Source: Harriotta raleighana (taxonomy: Eukaryota). Taken from it: a stretch of 64,000 bases of DNA. The stretch spans positions 21,276,244-21,340,243 of the forward strand of contig JBNZDD010013732.1 in NCBI GenBank assembly GCA_050575255.1, written 5' to 3'. The notes beneath the pieces are model-generated. The model did no database searches and was not told where the DNA came from. It was given only the letters and a program-made list of their open reading frames with translations. The stretch's first letter is position 1. Each line of letters begins with the position of its first letter. A program made the translations under genes and the position numbers. Shown one piece after another: positions 1-13,500 of this stretch.

Positions 1-19
1 TTTTTTTTATGTTGGGTTT

Positions 20-109
20 TCAGCGTCGGATCCGACCGTTTAACCGGCAAGCCGTTTAACTGGCAATGGCCAAGTCCCATTGGTGCCAGATAAACGGGCT
101 TTTACTGTA
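20..109. mobile_element. One end of a Tigger/pogo-like non-autonomous DNA transposon (MITE); the other end lies outside the window
   Basis: Ends in TGCCAGATAAACGGGCTTTTACTG followed by TA; the reverse complement CAGTAAAAGCCCGTTTATCTGGCA resembles Tigger-type TIRs. The sub-repeat CCGTTTAAC occurs twice internally. Confidence 0.5.
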
Positions 110-1734
110 TTATTATTTTGAAAAGTTTGAGCAGAAAATCCAGTGTGTGGATATCGGAACAGAGTAGGATTAGTCTTTATTGTGATATCACTCCCCCCCA
201 ACCACCCCATCTCTGAGATGAATCCTATGCTAGTATACATGGTTTATGCTTACACAAAGAATGTCTGCTATACAAGATGCAAGGAGGCGGCTGGAAACCG
301 TGTTACTGAATCAGCCATCGGAATTCAGCATTTTCAGACGAGGAGGAAAGACACTGGAAGTTTCATTCAGTATTCGCAGAATATATCCCATATTTGTGAT
401 GTAAAGCCTGACAAAATCAGTCTCCAGTATAAGTAGGCCTAAGGGACTGCCTAAACTCCAAATTGATGACATTTACATACTTACTTTTTTTTAAATAAAA
501 AAAGGAATCAGCAAAGAAACTCAAAGAAGATATCCCTCTGGGAATCTAAAAAAAAAGCAAGACTGAAACGAGACTGTTCAAATTATGTTTGAGATTAAAT
601 ACTATTGGAGATGCTCTTGTATACTAATGCCATCTACTCGTGTTCTCCAAAAAGCTGAGTATTAAATGAAAGTATTTGCACTTTGTTGCCAAGAGAGCAG
701 TGCATCTCAGAAATAAAAAGCACTGGATATCATATTAGTTTCAGCTATCTCTAAATGGAACTATTAAAGTGACAGATTGTGGCGTTCTGTAGCATGCGCT
801 CGACTTTAAACATTCCTGTGGAATGAAAAAGGGCTATTGATATCAGGCATAATCCTGGGAGTTTTCCTTATGAAATAAAATACACAAAAAGGAAATTTAA
901 TTCTCAAGGAAATAACGTTATGGGAAGCAGGAGATCACACCGAGGAACTAATTTAAGTGAAGTTGAAATGAATTTTACTGACATTTATTCTTTCTAGTGG
1001 AAAGTTGGACAAGGCATACAATTGCTCTGGTACCCTGAGATAAGAGAACAGTAATCTAAGTTGTAGAAGTGGTTATGATCACAGATTTAATCCTGGTAGT
1101 AGTACCTTGTCCCATGTGACCCATCAGAGAGGATTTCATATTACTGACAAACATTAGAGACCAACTGGGTTTTCCATAATAGTCTTTCCTTTGGAAAATA
1201 TTCCAGCAAAATATATTAATTGATGCAGACAAAGTAATTTGGGGGAACTTGTCATTTTCACAATATTAGCAACAACGGATAAAGATGGAACTTTTCGCTT
1301 TGATTGGAAACTTTCTGCTCGACTATCTTTCTTGCGGACAGATATTTCCGAAAGGAAGCACTTTTGTCATGCTTTTTTTTGTCCCCTTCAATGTTCCACA
1401 AAAGCAGCTGAACATTTAAAACTCAGTGAGAAACACACTTTTTTTGGGAACAAAGTATATCTGTGTGCAGCCATGAGATCAGATGAGAATCTCCGGGGAG
1501 CCGTTGTGCTCACCAAAAGTAATTTCCATTTCACCACTGAAGAACCTTTGAGAGACAGGATGATCTTCATCTATGTGAAGGAAGGAGAAGCGGCTACCAA
1601 CCCACTAGCATGACTTCTCACCTCAGATCAAGTGTAGCAAAGGGACTGTTCATTGTGGAGTGAGCCACACAAACCAGGAAGGAGTGGACCGAAGATTCAG
1701 AAATCAGCATTATAGTGCCTTTGACCCAATAGAG

Positions 1735-1915
1735 CAATTTTTCCTCTGGTTCCCTAGGCTAGAGTGGCTAAGGTCAATTAGCTGACATCAATTTCCCCCT
1801 CGCCCCCCCAACTACTCACAATTGCCTGGACTAACTACCTCTGAGGATTAAACTGGGGGCACCTCCCTGGTCTGTGTGGTTCAGCACCTCACCGGGTAGA
1901 GTCTTTACCAAACTC
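1735..1915 (-). mobile_element. Degenerate old tRNA-derived SINE (AmnSINE2-like family)
   Basis: Reverse complement resembles the 5' part of the copies at 3820, 43240 and 47015. Confidence 0.4.
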
Positions 1916-3819
1916 GTGGATCTCCACTAAAGGATGTTTTTACTGCACCACTTACAAAGTATGTTATAAAGTACCATATATATATATATATATAAATGTT
2001 GGTAGCAATTTGTAACATTTTGTTTACATTCACTGATAATTACCTTCAATCTGTTTCTTTTTTGAGGCAAATCTCTCTATGGTTTTCCTACCATCTCATT
2101 CCAAATTATTGACGGCCTATATCACACCAGGGCATACATCCATACCATTCCTTTTTCTGCCTGCATACCAGTCTTATTGCAAAGCCAAATGAAAATGGCA
2201 AAGTTACATAATATCACAACTTTGTTGAAACAATACTGTCTGGAAATTCATTATGAAACATTATGAAAACTGGATCATTATTCATTTTCTAGCCAAGTGA
2301 CCTCATAAGCTTAAACTTTTAAATCACTGTGTATCATGGCCAGCGGGGGTGGTGGAGGTGGGGGTGTGAGCAGTGGAAACACCCAATACATGTGATGTGT
2401 GTGATTTGGATTGAATTGAGTACATTTTACCTGAACAAGAATATACCACAAATATAATAATAGTCCTTGCATTTGTTGCATCGCCTTTCACGTCAGGTTT
2501 ACCGCGACTTGTAGTAACTGTGTATTTTATAGGCAAACATGGATTATATGAGTTGCAGAGGCTGAAGTTGCTTGTGAGAAAGGTTTTATTACAATTTCAC
2601 TGATGAATTATAGGACTTTCACGGTTGTAAGACGCTCTTTAATAGTCTGCTACCGTTGCACTATCCTGTATTTAATAAGCAATCCAGACAGTTTCTACTC
2701 ACTGAACATTTTATCTAGATTTACTTTCAAGAAGTTTTGGTATGTTGATAACTGAATCTATGTGTATTTGGAAATAATCATTTTCTTCTGTCCATCATCT
2801 TTACAAATCCAAATTAATTCAAATATATACCAACTCCAGTGTGTTTCATGTAGAAACCACATCCAAAGAGCTTGTCTAAGCCAAAAACATTCGAGAGCTT
2901 GACAGAAATCTAAACAAACCGCAAAATGCTGTCCAAAATGTAACAGTAATAAATAAATCATGTCTGATTGTGGGGGCCCGGTACTAGAAATGCAAACAGC
3001 AGATGAGCTCTGATACACTGAATCACTGAGATCTATTTAACAGGCAGCTCTGTAAATAGTTCACCAAAAATAAATAAATCTGTGCTCATGATTATGAATA
3101 TACTGTATATTGAAGCATTGAGCACACAAGACTAATGCTTCGCCTTATGTTAAGCACACAGTGGAGATTCCAGCAATTTTTGTCCTAAAGCAGAAAAATT
3201 ATATAAAAGCTTGGACTGCTTCCCACATCATAAAGCACAAAGCTACTGAAACACAAACAGGTTAATAAATGGCCCAAATAATATTTCCATTGCTGATATG
3301 AGAGACATTGATGGATTCTCGGTCAAAGAAAATGTTTCAGACAATGAAACCGAGCAAGATTTAAATGATGACAAGAAAGAAATAAAGAACTAAATGCTAG
3401 GTGGACTTATTTTGGCAGAAGTTATTGACTGCCAAAAATGAAAAACATGTGCCATTTGAGCTAATGATATGTTGGTTATTTGTTGAGAAATTGTGTGGTG
3501 CAGAAAGTTCAAAATATGTGATCTAAAACATGGCATAGTCAGCAATGTAGACATCTCCTGAAATGTGAATTAAGAAGTTCAAAGTCTGATTCTTTTCTGG
3601 TTATTACCATTGGCATTATGTATGATATTAACTGTGAGTTTTTGAATCTAAATTCACAGCAGACGAATAATCCTCAGCCTCACAAAATCACCATGCGACT
3701 GAATTTTACAGTATAAAAAAACTGAACTGTAAGTCTTGAAACCTGACTATGCTACTTTCCTAATAACCTGGGGGTAATAGCTTGGTCCATCTTAAGTCCA
3801 AAACACATGGAGCAGAAGG

Positions 3820-4075
3820 CTGTGGTTTGATTCCCAGTCTATACTGACAAAGTTCATCTCACCTGGGACGCAATACAAGTGCTACAATTGGCTTGGAACC
3901 CTTGGGCTAAGGAAAGAAAAAAAGTCAGCCAGTGTTGCCACTCTTGATAGCTATCCAGTTACCTCTGTTGGAAAGCAGCTGTCTGTAGACTGCACACTAG
4001 AATGGCCTGGCAGCATCACTGTCTGGGCTCACACATGAAGAATGCCGGCTTGGATGCAGTCCAGAAAGTTCCAAG
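3820..4075 (+). mobile_element. Old tRNA-derived SINE (AmnSINE2-like family)
   Basis: B-box-like GGTTTGATTCCC, then GCTACAATTGGC...CTTGGGCTAAGG...GCTATCCAG...GGCTCACACATGAAGAATG; these motifs recur in several other copies in the window. Confidence 0.55.
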
Positions 4076-4399
4076 CACAAAACACACTGACAGTCATGCA
4101 TTACGACATGGTAAGCCAAGGACAACTCAAGAACTCTTCGGGTTCCACTAGAGAAATCTTCAGGTGGCTACCAAATTTGGTCGGCTGAAAGCTTAATTAG
4201 CTACTAACATGCTCTTTCTGCGGAGTTGGTCAAAAAATCAGAAAATAGAAGAATTCTAACTTTTAAATGTTCTCAAACTTTCCCAATTTCAGCAAACCAT
4301 TCTTTCATTAAATTATTTATCACCTTTTCTGAAGTCAAATAAATTAGGATACAAAACTATAACAAGGAAGCTTGGTGAATTGACAGAAAGGAGTCTATC

Positions 4400-4770
4400 C
4401 TATTTTTCTTATTCCTCTATTACAATTAATTCTAGAATCACGGAACCTCATTGTACTTTGAATAGCCAAAATATTTTCACTCCATTGTCTTCCTTCATAG
4501 ATTTCTCCAAATATTTAGTACTTTGGCTAACAAGCTATTTCTAGTACTGTACTTAAATTGGTTTTGACTAATTTCAATTTATATCTTTGGTGAAACTTGT
4601 TTGACTTACTTTGAAGAAATAGGCTGGACTCACTTAATCTATACCATTTAATATTTTATGTACTCCAATCAGGTTCTCACTTAACTGCCTTCTTTATAGA
4701 CCTCAAAGCTTAAGTTTCACTAATCTTTCTGCGTAGCTGATCACTGAAACCCAGCAATCTGTCTACTTAT
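4400..4770 (-). mobile_element. Degenerate CR1 LINE ORF2 C-terminal fragment
   Basis: Minus strand reads SYAERLVKLKL*GL*RRQLSENLIGVHKILNGID, matching the CR1 motif SYEERL..L.LFSLERRRLRGDLIEVYKI..G.D. Confidence 0.65.
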
Positions 4771-5011
4771 TATTTTCTATACCTTTTATAATATGTGGCA
4801 TTTGATTTCTACTCAAATTCTTTTTCTGTTCTATTTCCTTTTTTAGTTGTTCTCGATTCCTTAAGTCTTTTCTAAAGTCTTTTCTAAAGTCGTATCATTT
4901 TTTCTCCCCCAATGGTTGCATTTATTGAGTGGTTAATCAAAAATAAATTGGTCACTCAATGCACAACTGTTTGTGGGACACTGCTGTGCACAATTGGCTG
5001 CCACATTTTGT

Positions 5012-5158
5012 NNNNNNNNNNNNNNNNNNNNNNNNNNNNNNNNNNNNNNNNNNNNNNNNNNNNNNNNNNNNNNNNNNNNNNNNNNNNNNNNNNNNNNNNN
5101 NNNNNNNNNNNNNNNNNNNNNNNNNNNNNNNNNNNNNNNNNNNNNNNNNNNNNNNNNN
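5012..5158. other. Assembly gap (N-run)
   Basis: Run of Ns. Confidence 1.
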
Positions 5159-5319
5159 TAGATCTTTATTTAGGGAGAACAGGTCTATTAGGCTATGGGG
5201 AGCGAGCAGGGCAGTGGGATTAAATCGCTCTTTTCAAAGAGCCGGCACAGACTAGATGGGCCGAATGGCCTCCTTTTGTGCCGTAAAATTCTATGAATCT
5301 ATGAATCTATGAATCTATG
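5159..5319 (+). mobile_element. Young CR1 LINE 3' UTR
   Basis: GATGGGCCGAATGGCCTCCT motif followed by the 8-bp tail (ATTCTATG/AATCTATG)x4 typical of CR1; CpGs retained. Confidence 0.9.
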
Positions 5320-6206
5320 TCTAGAAGATGTGAAAAGCGATATATCAAATGCAAGGATTATTATTATTGCCAGATCATTTTATATTTAACCCTACTATGG
5401 TTCTGATTCCCTGAGAGGTCCATCACTATACAGGGGAACCATATTACAGCACCATTCAAAACCAATCAGCCTCACTTGCAGTGAGGATCTACTGTGGAGT
5501 ACTATAGAAGTACATTACTGTACTGTATATCCAACATCCGGTGCTGACTAGCCAGGTTCCTGAGCTCAATAGGTCATCAAGTCCCTCCTGTTGCAATTTC
5601 CAGCGACTTAAACACATGCGCTTTATGCATAGGAAACATCACTGGCTCCACATTATGTGTTATGTGTTATACGTAAGAAATGCCAATGATCTTACTTCGA
5701 AAAAAGACATGAGCACATTGGTACTTCTTACACTCACTTGTAGGCATGGGGTACACTTTCAAAAACATTGCTGCAATGAGAAAAGACCAGCAATAGATAC
5801 TCTAATACAAAGCAACTTCTCAAAATAGTTGAAGAGAAAAACCTCTTAAATCATGTTTCTATATCTGGTGCAGGAATTATTAGAAAAGATAGGTTGAGAA
5901 TTTCTTCCAACAACAATAAAATTACATTTATAGAGTGCCTTTCACATTGGGAGGACGTCATAAGCCACTGAGGCTAGGCATCCAAGATGTCTGGAGTCAC
6001 TTAGTTGCTCATGGGTACAGAGTGATCCCCTCATACCCTTCCACATGCTGCACCTGCAGAACCACATTGAATAAATAAAAATAATAATTCTTACGTTTGA
6101 TACTGTGTTGGGAGGATATCTCAAAGCGTCTCACAAAGGCTCACCTTCTTAAATGCAAGCATAACCTGCAGCAGTCAAGGATATAAACTCACATGAATTG
6201 TTTTAA

Positions 6207-6340
6207 TAAACAAAATGCAAAAATACTGAAAATCTGAAACAAAAACAAAAGTCGTTGGGAACACTCAGCAGATCAGGCAACATCAATGAAGAGAGGAAAG
6301 TGAGTTAATGTTTCAGATTGATGACCTTTTGTCAAAATGA
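6207..6340. mobile_element. Single arm of the palindromic hammerhead-bearing (Penelope-related) repeat
   Basis: Matches the left arm of the 54873-55111 element (CTGAAACAAAAACA...GGGAACACTCAGCAGATCAGGCAACATC). Confidence 0.75.
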
Positions 6341-7607
6341 TTTCATTGTTTGGCTGCTGGAATTTAAACACTCAGATCTGAATCTGAGTTAACCAAAGTG
6401 GAGTCTGTCAAACATTTGATCCTAAAGGCAGTCTTGCAACACATTCATTGGTTCGGATGCTGTTGTTTTACTATTAAGGGATTCCCAATTGACACAATGC
6501 ACAATGGAAAGAAGCTTTCAGCCTGCGCTGCTAACAAAGTTGATGAGTATAGTTCAAAATAATAAAACAGATGATGTCTTTTTTTTTGTTAATGAGAGCT
6601 CCCAGCTTAATTTCACCTATTCAAACTAATGAGTTGGAACAGCTTCCATCGATTTGCATTTGTGAATCTGTCAGCTTCATAACACTTGGTGCCCAATGGG
6701 ACAGCTTATTTGGTTGAAGAGGCTTAATTTGCAGATGTGCCCCCAAAAAGCTAAAAGTGATCTATTTTCAGATGCTTGTGACACAGAACTGAAAGTGACT
6801 CATTGTGGAGCTTTGCCATGCAAAATATATGCTAATAACCTGAGTTTTACAAGAGGGCAATTCACCATCTTTCAATGGGCAAAACACCATCTTTCACTGT
6901 CACATGCAGAGTGTTGTGACAAGCTGGCAACAAACCAGTCAGTGCCTAGTCAATATTGATCCTTCTTGTGGATTTGCCTCAGAGCCAGCATTAAGTTCAA
7001 GTGGATCTGCTGCAGTCTGATGGGAGTTGAACTCATTGCAACCTTGACCGTGGATCTATAAGACTTGTAGCCTGGCAAATTCAAAAATAGCCCGCAAACC
7101 CAAACGTGTTACTGGGCTGGTTTATGATTTTCAATATACTTGCAAGTCACAAATGACCTTGCAACACTATGAAACCTTTAGAAAATTATCCCCTGATACA
7201 ATAAGTATAATAAAACAAACAAAATGGCCTGGCAACATGTCATGGCAACTGGTCCCTTACCCCTATTTACCTCAGTGGATGATATACCAAAGGTCCATGC
7301 GACAAGCTCAGAATGGCTTGTGATAGACAATCGCAAACCAGGAATTTTATTTCAAATGGCACAAACATCAATAATCTCAGAATTTGGTCAATTTCCAATT
7401 CTAATATCTTAATTCATAAATATAAGTTTGTTAAAGATAAGTTGTTATGTACTTAACACAGAGTGAAAAGGATTGAACAAAAGTTATAAACGAAGAGAAA
7501 ATGACATGATTACCAATACTTAATAGAGCATTTCACAAATAGGCTTGCTTCACTAAGTTTTCTTGGCCACAGGTTGCTGTCTTTCTTTCTCTATGCTGAC
7601 TTGACTC

Positions 7608-7695
7608 AATTCATTTTACAGTATGTTCCTTTGAAACGTCTAGAAGACGTGAAAAGCGCTGTATCAAATGCAAGGATTATTATTATTATTGTTGT
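7608..7695 (+). mobile_element. Deu-SINE 3' tail fragment
   Basis: ACGTCTAGAAGACGTGAAAAGCGCTGTATCAAATGCAAGG followed by (ATT)n. Confidence 0.8.
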
Positions 7696-9090
7696 TGATC
7701 TGAAGATGGGTATATGTCCTCATAATCTTATAGAAATTTAACAAACCACTCACATTTGGGAGCTATTTGTTTTTTGAACTTCAAGTTTATGAACTCTTCA
7801 ATTTGCTTGTAAGTGTGTTTGAGTGTGTGTGGGGTGGGGATGGGGGGAAACGTGCATCAACTTGACACTGAATAAACCCAGACAAAGACGGCAAATGTAA
7901 TCTCATGGGTTATCAATGAAGAATGGGAAGAATGTCTAAATCCTCAATTACCCCCATCCAGCTGAACCCCTGAATATACATATATAAACCTGCATTGCTT
8001 CCAACATACACAGCAATACAACAAATGTACTCCACCAAACATAATGTCAAATCGCAATGTACAACCTCTCCACAACACCATCCATATATGGAACTAGTTG
8101 AAAAGATAATAAAAGAAAGTTCAGAATGTTCCCTTCTTGCCACCAGAGGATGGATGGACAATGGAGAAGGTTGAGTAAAGAATACGTAAAATGTGGAAAG
8201 AAAACAGAAAAATTAAAACTGTATGGGAGCAGCTAAACACTTGCGACCACTAATAAATTTGGCTCCCAGATGTTTTACTCATAAATTATCTGTACCTAGA
8301 ATGTGTTTGACTGCACACAACTATAGTTCACTCTTCCCCACCCCCTCCCCAACCTCCTTAAGAAATGTTCCCAGAATATTTATGATAATAGTCTTTCTAA
8401 CCATGATTGTTTCTCTAATATTTCACTGGCATGTATTTTAAAGCATAAATTCTGATTCTTTACCAGTGCAATTGCAATGCTTACAATTTATGTTTCCAGC
8501 TAAATGTGAAACATGCTTCTGTGTTGACTGGAGTTGCCCATGCAATATGATTCATTCATAAATATTGCTTAACTCGGCCAATTCATAATGTTGTAAATGA
8601 ATGCGGTCTGGTTTTATTCAGATCTCTCCTGCAAACAAATTTAAATCACATCATCTCCAATGTAAAACATTTGTAGTGAACTCTATATCTTGCAGAACAA
8701 TTGAGACGTATATAATATTTTAGATTCAGACAGTAGCTATTGCTATACCTCAGATAATACACAACACAGATAGTATTATTCTGACTGATTATAATCATAT
8801 AATGAGATTCAGCAAAATACATTTGCCATCACCAGGTTTCAGACAACACAATATCAAAGTATGAACTGAAGTACAAAAATAAGCAATGCTCTGAAGAATC
8901 TGCCCATGGAAGGGATATCAACTGGGAGGTTCCCATTAATTACTGTGGTCGTGAATTAGTCCAACTGTGATATGACAAGATATTTACAGTCGTTCAGTTG
9001 TAAACTGGAAAGAAAATCTTGTAAAATTAAATGTGCTGCTCTGGAAATAGCTGCTACAAGGGTTCTCCTCTCAGATACCTGTCAATCCAT

Positions 9091-9210
9091 TCTTTACCCA
9101 GAGAATGCTCCCAGGCCTCCGTTAATCTTGCTCTATACCAGGGAATGATCCCAGGCCTAGGGTGATGTTGCTCTGTACCCAATGAATACTCCAAAGGCTC
9201 TGTTAACAAT
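9091..9210. repeat. Degenerate ~40-bp minisatellite, about 3 units
   Basis: Units begin near 9091, 9131 and 9171, e.g. CTCTATACCAGGGAATGATCCCAGGCCTAGGGTGATGTTG. Confidence 0.65.
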
Positions 9211-9316
9211 GTTCCTTATACTGTACAATGTTTGGGAGGGTGGCCGCTCTCAGTCCTCTCCCTATCCTGCTCTATATCAATAAGGCTGCAGGAGCTGGTG
9301 GGTGGTGGGGGCAGGC

Positions 9317-9376
9317 GGGGGGGGGGGGGGGGGGGGGGGGGGGGNNNNNNNNNNNNNNNNNNNNNNNNNNNNNNNN
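9317..9376. other. Poly-G run adjoining an assembly gap (Ns at 9345-9376)
   Basis: Directly visible. Confidence 1.
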
Positions 9377-12300
9377 GGTGGGGTGGTGTAGAGGGAAAAG
9401 GGAGAGAGAAAATCCTCCTTGGTCTCTATTCAGAAATTGCTGTGCTTGAATTGAACATGTGGTATAATAACATATGGCAATGTTGGAAACGTATAGAATA
9501 TGGGCCCCAAATATTTCATTACAATGAATCCTCAGACCAGTGAGCAAAGAGAAGGTATAGCCTTGTAAAAAAAACACATTAACTGCATTCCTTTCAACTG
9601 TACAGAATTATTATTCATGTCGATTAGGGAAATTGCTGGAATCAGCAGCTACATTATATCCACTAATACATTAGGTATGACTTTGTAATAATCAGCACAA
9701 TAACATAACAGCAATAATGTGGTGAAATGTCAATACTTGATGAGGAACAAAAATTAAGAGTGAATTCATAGACTCTAGTTAATCCTAATCACTGCATGCC
9801 ACTGCACATTAAATTATTTTTTCTGTGGTGCATAACGTTACAAATTACCGATAATATACACGCTAGACATTAATAACTAATGCAACACAAACATTTTTAT
9901 GTGGTTCCATGATAAAGACAAGGATGTAAAATTATCTGCTATTCAGTCTCCCTACAATGTCTTTGGTAATGTGCGCAAATTATTCTGGAACACAAAACAA
10001 GGAATTTCAGCAATATCAGATTTCTCCTTCCCCTGGTAGCATGCTAGGAATTTTCCAATTTTAATCATCTCCCTTGCTGATTAATTGCAGAAAATATTTG
10101 AATATTCTTGGAGTACTTACTGTTCTGTTTTCATTAAAATCTGAATATTTTGGCAAATCGCCTAATTTGACACCCTCGTTAAGACAAAAAGCTCTGAGCA
10201 CAACAGTATTTACATCAACTGTTTGACTCAAATGTCTATTTTTATAGATTTTGTATTCCATGCACAGCAGTATAGAGTATACCAAGAACTCATGCTGTTT
10301 TGCAGGGTCTTTCAAACAAGCAGTTTGACAGCCATGAAGTGACAGACATCAATAGCAATATGCCAAGGTTGCCTGTAACTGGACTCTCAGGCAGTATAAC
10401 CCACACCTGCATGACTGGAGGATGCATGTCTGGTTTCTGCCCCACAGAAACCACTAACAACACTTATTAGATGTTTCCTAGCCTGATAAGTGGTCTGTGC
10501 TAGTTTCTAGTTCACATTATTATATTCATTTTGTAATGCCTCCTGAAGCTTGATACCTCAATACCTGAGGGTCCTACTTCTGCCACCAAACAATGATTAA
10601 ACATGACACAGTGACAGAAAACAGGGAGAAGGGATGGAAATAAAAGAACAAGGGATGAAAACAACCATGTTTGGCTCACCACATGGGGTGTGCCTATCAA
10701 CACCAATAACTGTTAGCTCAAAACCTAGTGTCACATTGATAGAAAAGTCAGATCACTCAGATGGGTGCATCATCTGACAGGAAGATATCATTCCTTCCTA
10801 TCCATCCATACATAACCCCTAGCCTTGTCATCTTATGACCATCAGAAGCCTGCATGCAGAACTCTGACACATGGAATAATAATGGTTGTACATCACTGCT
10901 CTGAAAGTCCAATCATGTATATCTTCACTTGGCACTGCCTTTGAGAGTCAATTACTTTATTGACATGCAATCTTCATAAGGAGAGAAATATTGTGCATGT
11001 AAGGTCATTTGGTTATGAAGACATATTATCATATTATCTGCATAAAGGTTGTAGGGCCAGAACCTGACAAAACTAATTATTGCAGTACATGATGCAGAGC
11101 TCACAGTATATTATGTGCTTAACTGCATGACTGTATTCCCCAGCTGAAAAAATGAAGGTGAAATGATAAACTAGTCATATTGCCAGCAAGATGATGCAAC
11201 TGAAGCACAGGCTCAAACATCTCTGTGCCTTTTTATCCAAATATCAGGGTGACAGATTTGGTAAACGACAACTGAGATTACAAATAATTTAGCATTTGTT
11301 CTCTAGCGAATGGGTAAGAAGCAGCCAAAGCAAACTCCAGCTTCTGCACATAACACATTAACATTCAATATAGGCAAATGGAACCAACATAATGTACACA
11401 GCTGAACGTTTATAAATGTCGGATGCGTCCTCGGTTTGTATCCCTGCAATGCATTTGTCTTGTTATTAAGCAGCTCTGAGGATTTAGACTTACCTTCGGA
11501 GAGACAAGTCACAAATTGTTATCTCCCAGTCAGTTTCTTGAATCAACTTTTTTTTTTGTAATTGCAAGAACGGTTGTAAGTGCAAAGGTTAACTGTCAAC
11601 TTTTATGCCATTTTAGACACCGATTTCTTGAAAATCAAAGATGCTGGAGAATGAAATCACAGTATCCTCAAATCAACGGTTAAAATTGGACTCACTGAAC
11701 TGTATCATCTTGTAGTGACATTACATGTCAAAACTGATAACCCAATCAAATCCTGAAATAGAAATGAGTTGTCCTTATTTATTAGAATGATGAGAGATAC
11801 AGTATCTTACATATAAATTGAGAGGGCACAAATTCCATAGCAGACAGTATAAATATTATTTAATATTAATGAATAAAAAATAATTTGATGGTGACAACTT
11901 ATTTGTTCAAGAATTCAAAGGATTATTACCTTCTCTGCAAATCAAACAATAATGCAGTTTGCAATCTAGTGTTCATTCAGCGGTCCACAGACTATCAAAA
12001 TATATTATTTTTGTTGCGTTTTCTGTGGGTAGCTTACATTTAACAAGTGATGAAACATAATCTATCTGAATAAATATTTCTCTGAACCAGCAGTATCTAC
12101 ATCATGAAACGTACTGTAATTATAACATAATTAAGGGTAATTGGGTGTGGCTTAGTTTTCCTTTAAAATGACAAGCTATTCCACATCTGCCACAGCATTA
12201 ATATTTCTACATTACTCAAAGAAAATCAAGCAGTTCCTAAAAATAGCTGATGTATTAAATTCTAGCTAGGCAATGACATGAGTCCAATCAGACCTACGCC

Positions 12301-12720
12301 AGACCAGCAGCAAAAATACCCAGACCATCTGAATGTCTGTCCCCTGATAAATCTCCATGATAAATGCCTTTGTTTTGATGTTCTAAAGGAAATACAGACC
12401 TGCTCAAACTTTACAGCTGAAAACATGTTGGTAACACAAGAATAAAACTCAGATGTCTAAACTGGAAGAAGGTCATTTCTAAGATAATCATTGTGACATG
12501 CAAGCATTGTTTCATTACATCAATGATTGCTTCAGAAAACCTAAAGTAATAAAAAAAAGACACACTATAATTTCTAACACGCCTATGCCAAGAGCAAAAG
12601 TGCTCGTTCTCATGGCATCCTGTTGTATTAAACATTTTGTCCATCTCCATTAATCAAGGACTTATGGTGTTATAGAACCAAGAGAGAAACAGGGAGGATA
12701 TTTTGCTTTGCGTAACCTAT

Positions 12721-13293
12721 TGTAGATTTTTCATGCTTTTCTTTAAAAAAAATACTCCAGAAAATCTTTAAGGTCTAAAGGGAAGTAAAGAAATGACATC
12801 TGAAATTGAGCAGAATTTTCATCTCCATGAGCAAAAATACAACATTCCTTCCAGATGTCCATTAAGGATCTGAAGTCACCCAACACCCAGAAAGTGTGGG
12901 ACATATGGTTGTTTTGTTGGCTAATGCCACAGAGACCAGCCAGACTCATTCTGCGAAGGCCCTTGATGAACTGATGTTGTCAGTATCAACTGGCACAAAC
13001 CCTCTGAAAAAGAAGAGTTGTTTTCTTTAATTCTCAGTGCAACAGCCTACGATCGTGACAGGTTATGCTGAGATTATTAAGGGATATTTTGGGAAAAAAA
13101 GATCCAAACAATGAGTGGCAGCAGGTTGGACAAACGTGAGAAGCAGCGAGGAAGGGTCTTGATTTGTCTTCACCCAAACTAGAAAACATGTTTGTTTTTA
13201 AGATGAAAATTCTGCTCAATTTCAGATGTCATTTTATTCATGTTTCTGAGGACCCAAAGTTTTTCTAGAGCTTTTTAGAAATAGCAAGGAAAA
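12721..13293. repeat. Long inverted repeat (MITE-like relic) with a perfect 34-bp core
   Basis: 12791-12824 AAATGACATCTGAAATTGAGCAGAATTTTCATCT is the exact reverse complement of 13201-13234. Weaker complementarity extends roughly 60-70 bp outward. Confidence 0.85.
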
Positions 13294-13334
13294 TCCCCAC
13301 ACATACCTGTACACATCCAAACACGCACGCACAC

Positions 13335-13500
13335 ACAAGCATCCCTGTAAGGATCGATGGATAATGTCCAGGAGCAGAAATTCTGACCAATATTTTCTAA
13401 CTCAAAATCTCAGGGCCTAGCTCACCTTTCTAGCTCACCTTTACAGTTTTTCTGGCTAAGAGCAGCAAACTGAGCACTAGTCCAGGGATGTAACCTGAAG
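13335..13500 (-). mobile_element. Degenerate AmnSINE2-like SINE fragment
   Basis: Reverse complement resembles the family's central region. Confidence 0.35.

Larger units (their letters stand above)
4945..5368 (+). mobile_element. Deu-domain SINE interrupted by an assembly gap and a CR1 3' end
   Basis: Core TGTTTGTGGGACACTGCTGTGCACAATTGGCTGCC before the gap. The tail TCTAGAAGATGTGAAAAGCGATATATCAAATGCAAGGATTATTATT resumes at 5320. Confidence 0.8.

Noticed and set aside
9091-9210. Regularly spaced repeats (CRISPR-like?)
   Set aside because: Degenerate tandem units without unique spacers in a eukaryotic context; a minisatellite.
9317-9344. Poly-G tracts (also 39539-39563) giving poly-Gly/Pro ORFs or G-quadruplex candidates
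   Set aside because: Both abut Ns, so their length is unreliable and may be a sequencing artefact.
11488-11560. Strong minus-strand donor (AAG|GTAAGT) near 11493
   Set aside because: No suitable acceptor giving a credible open exon was found.
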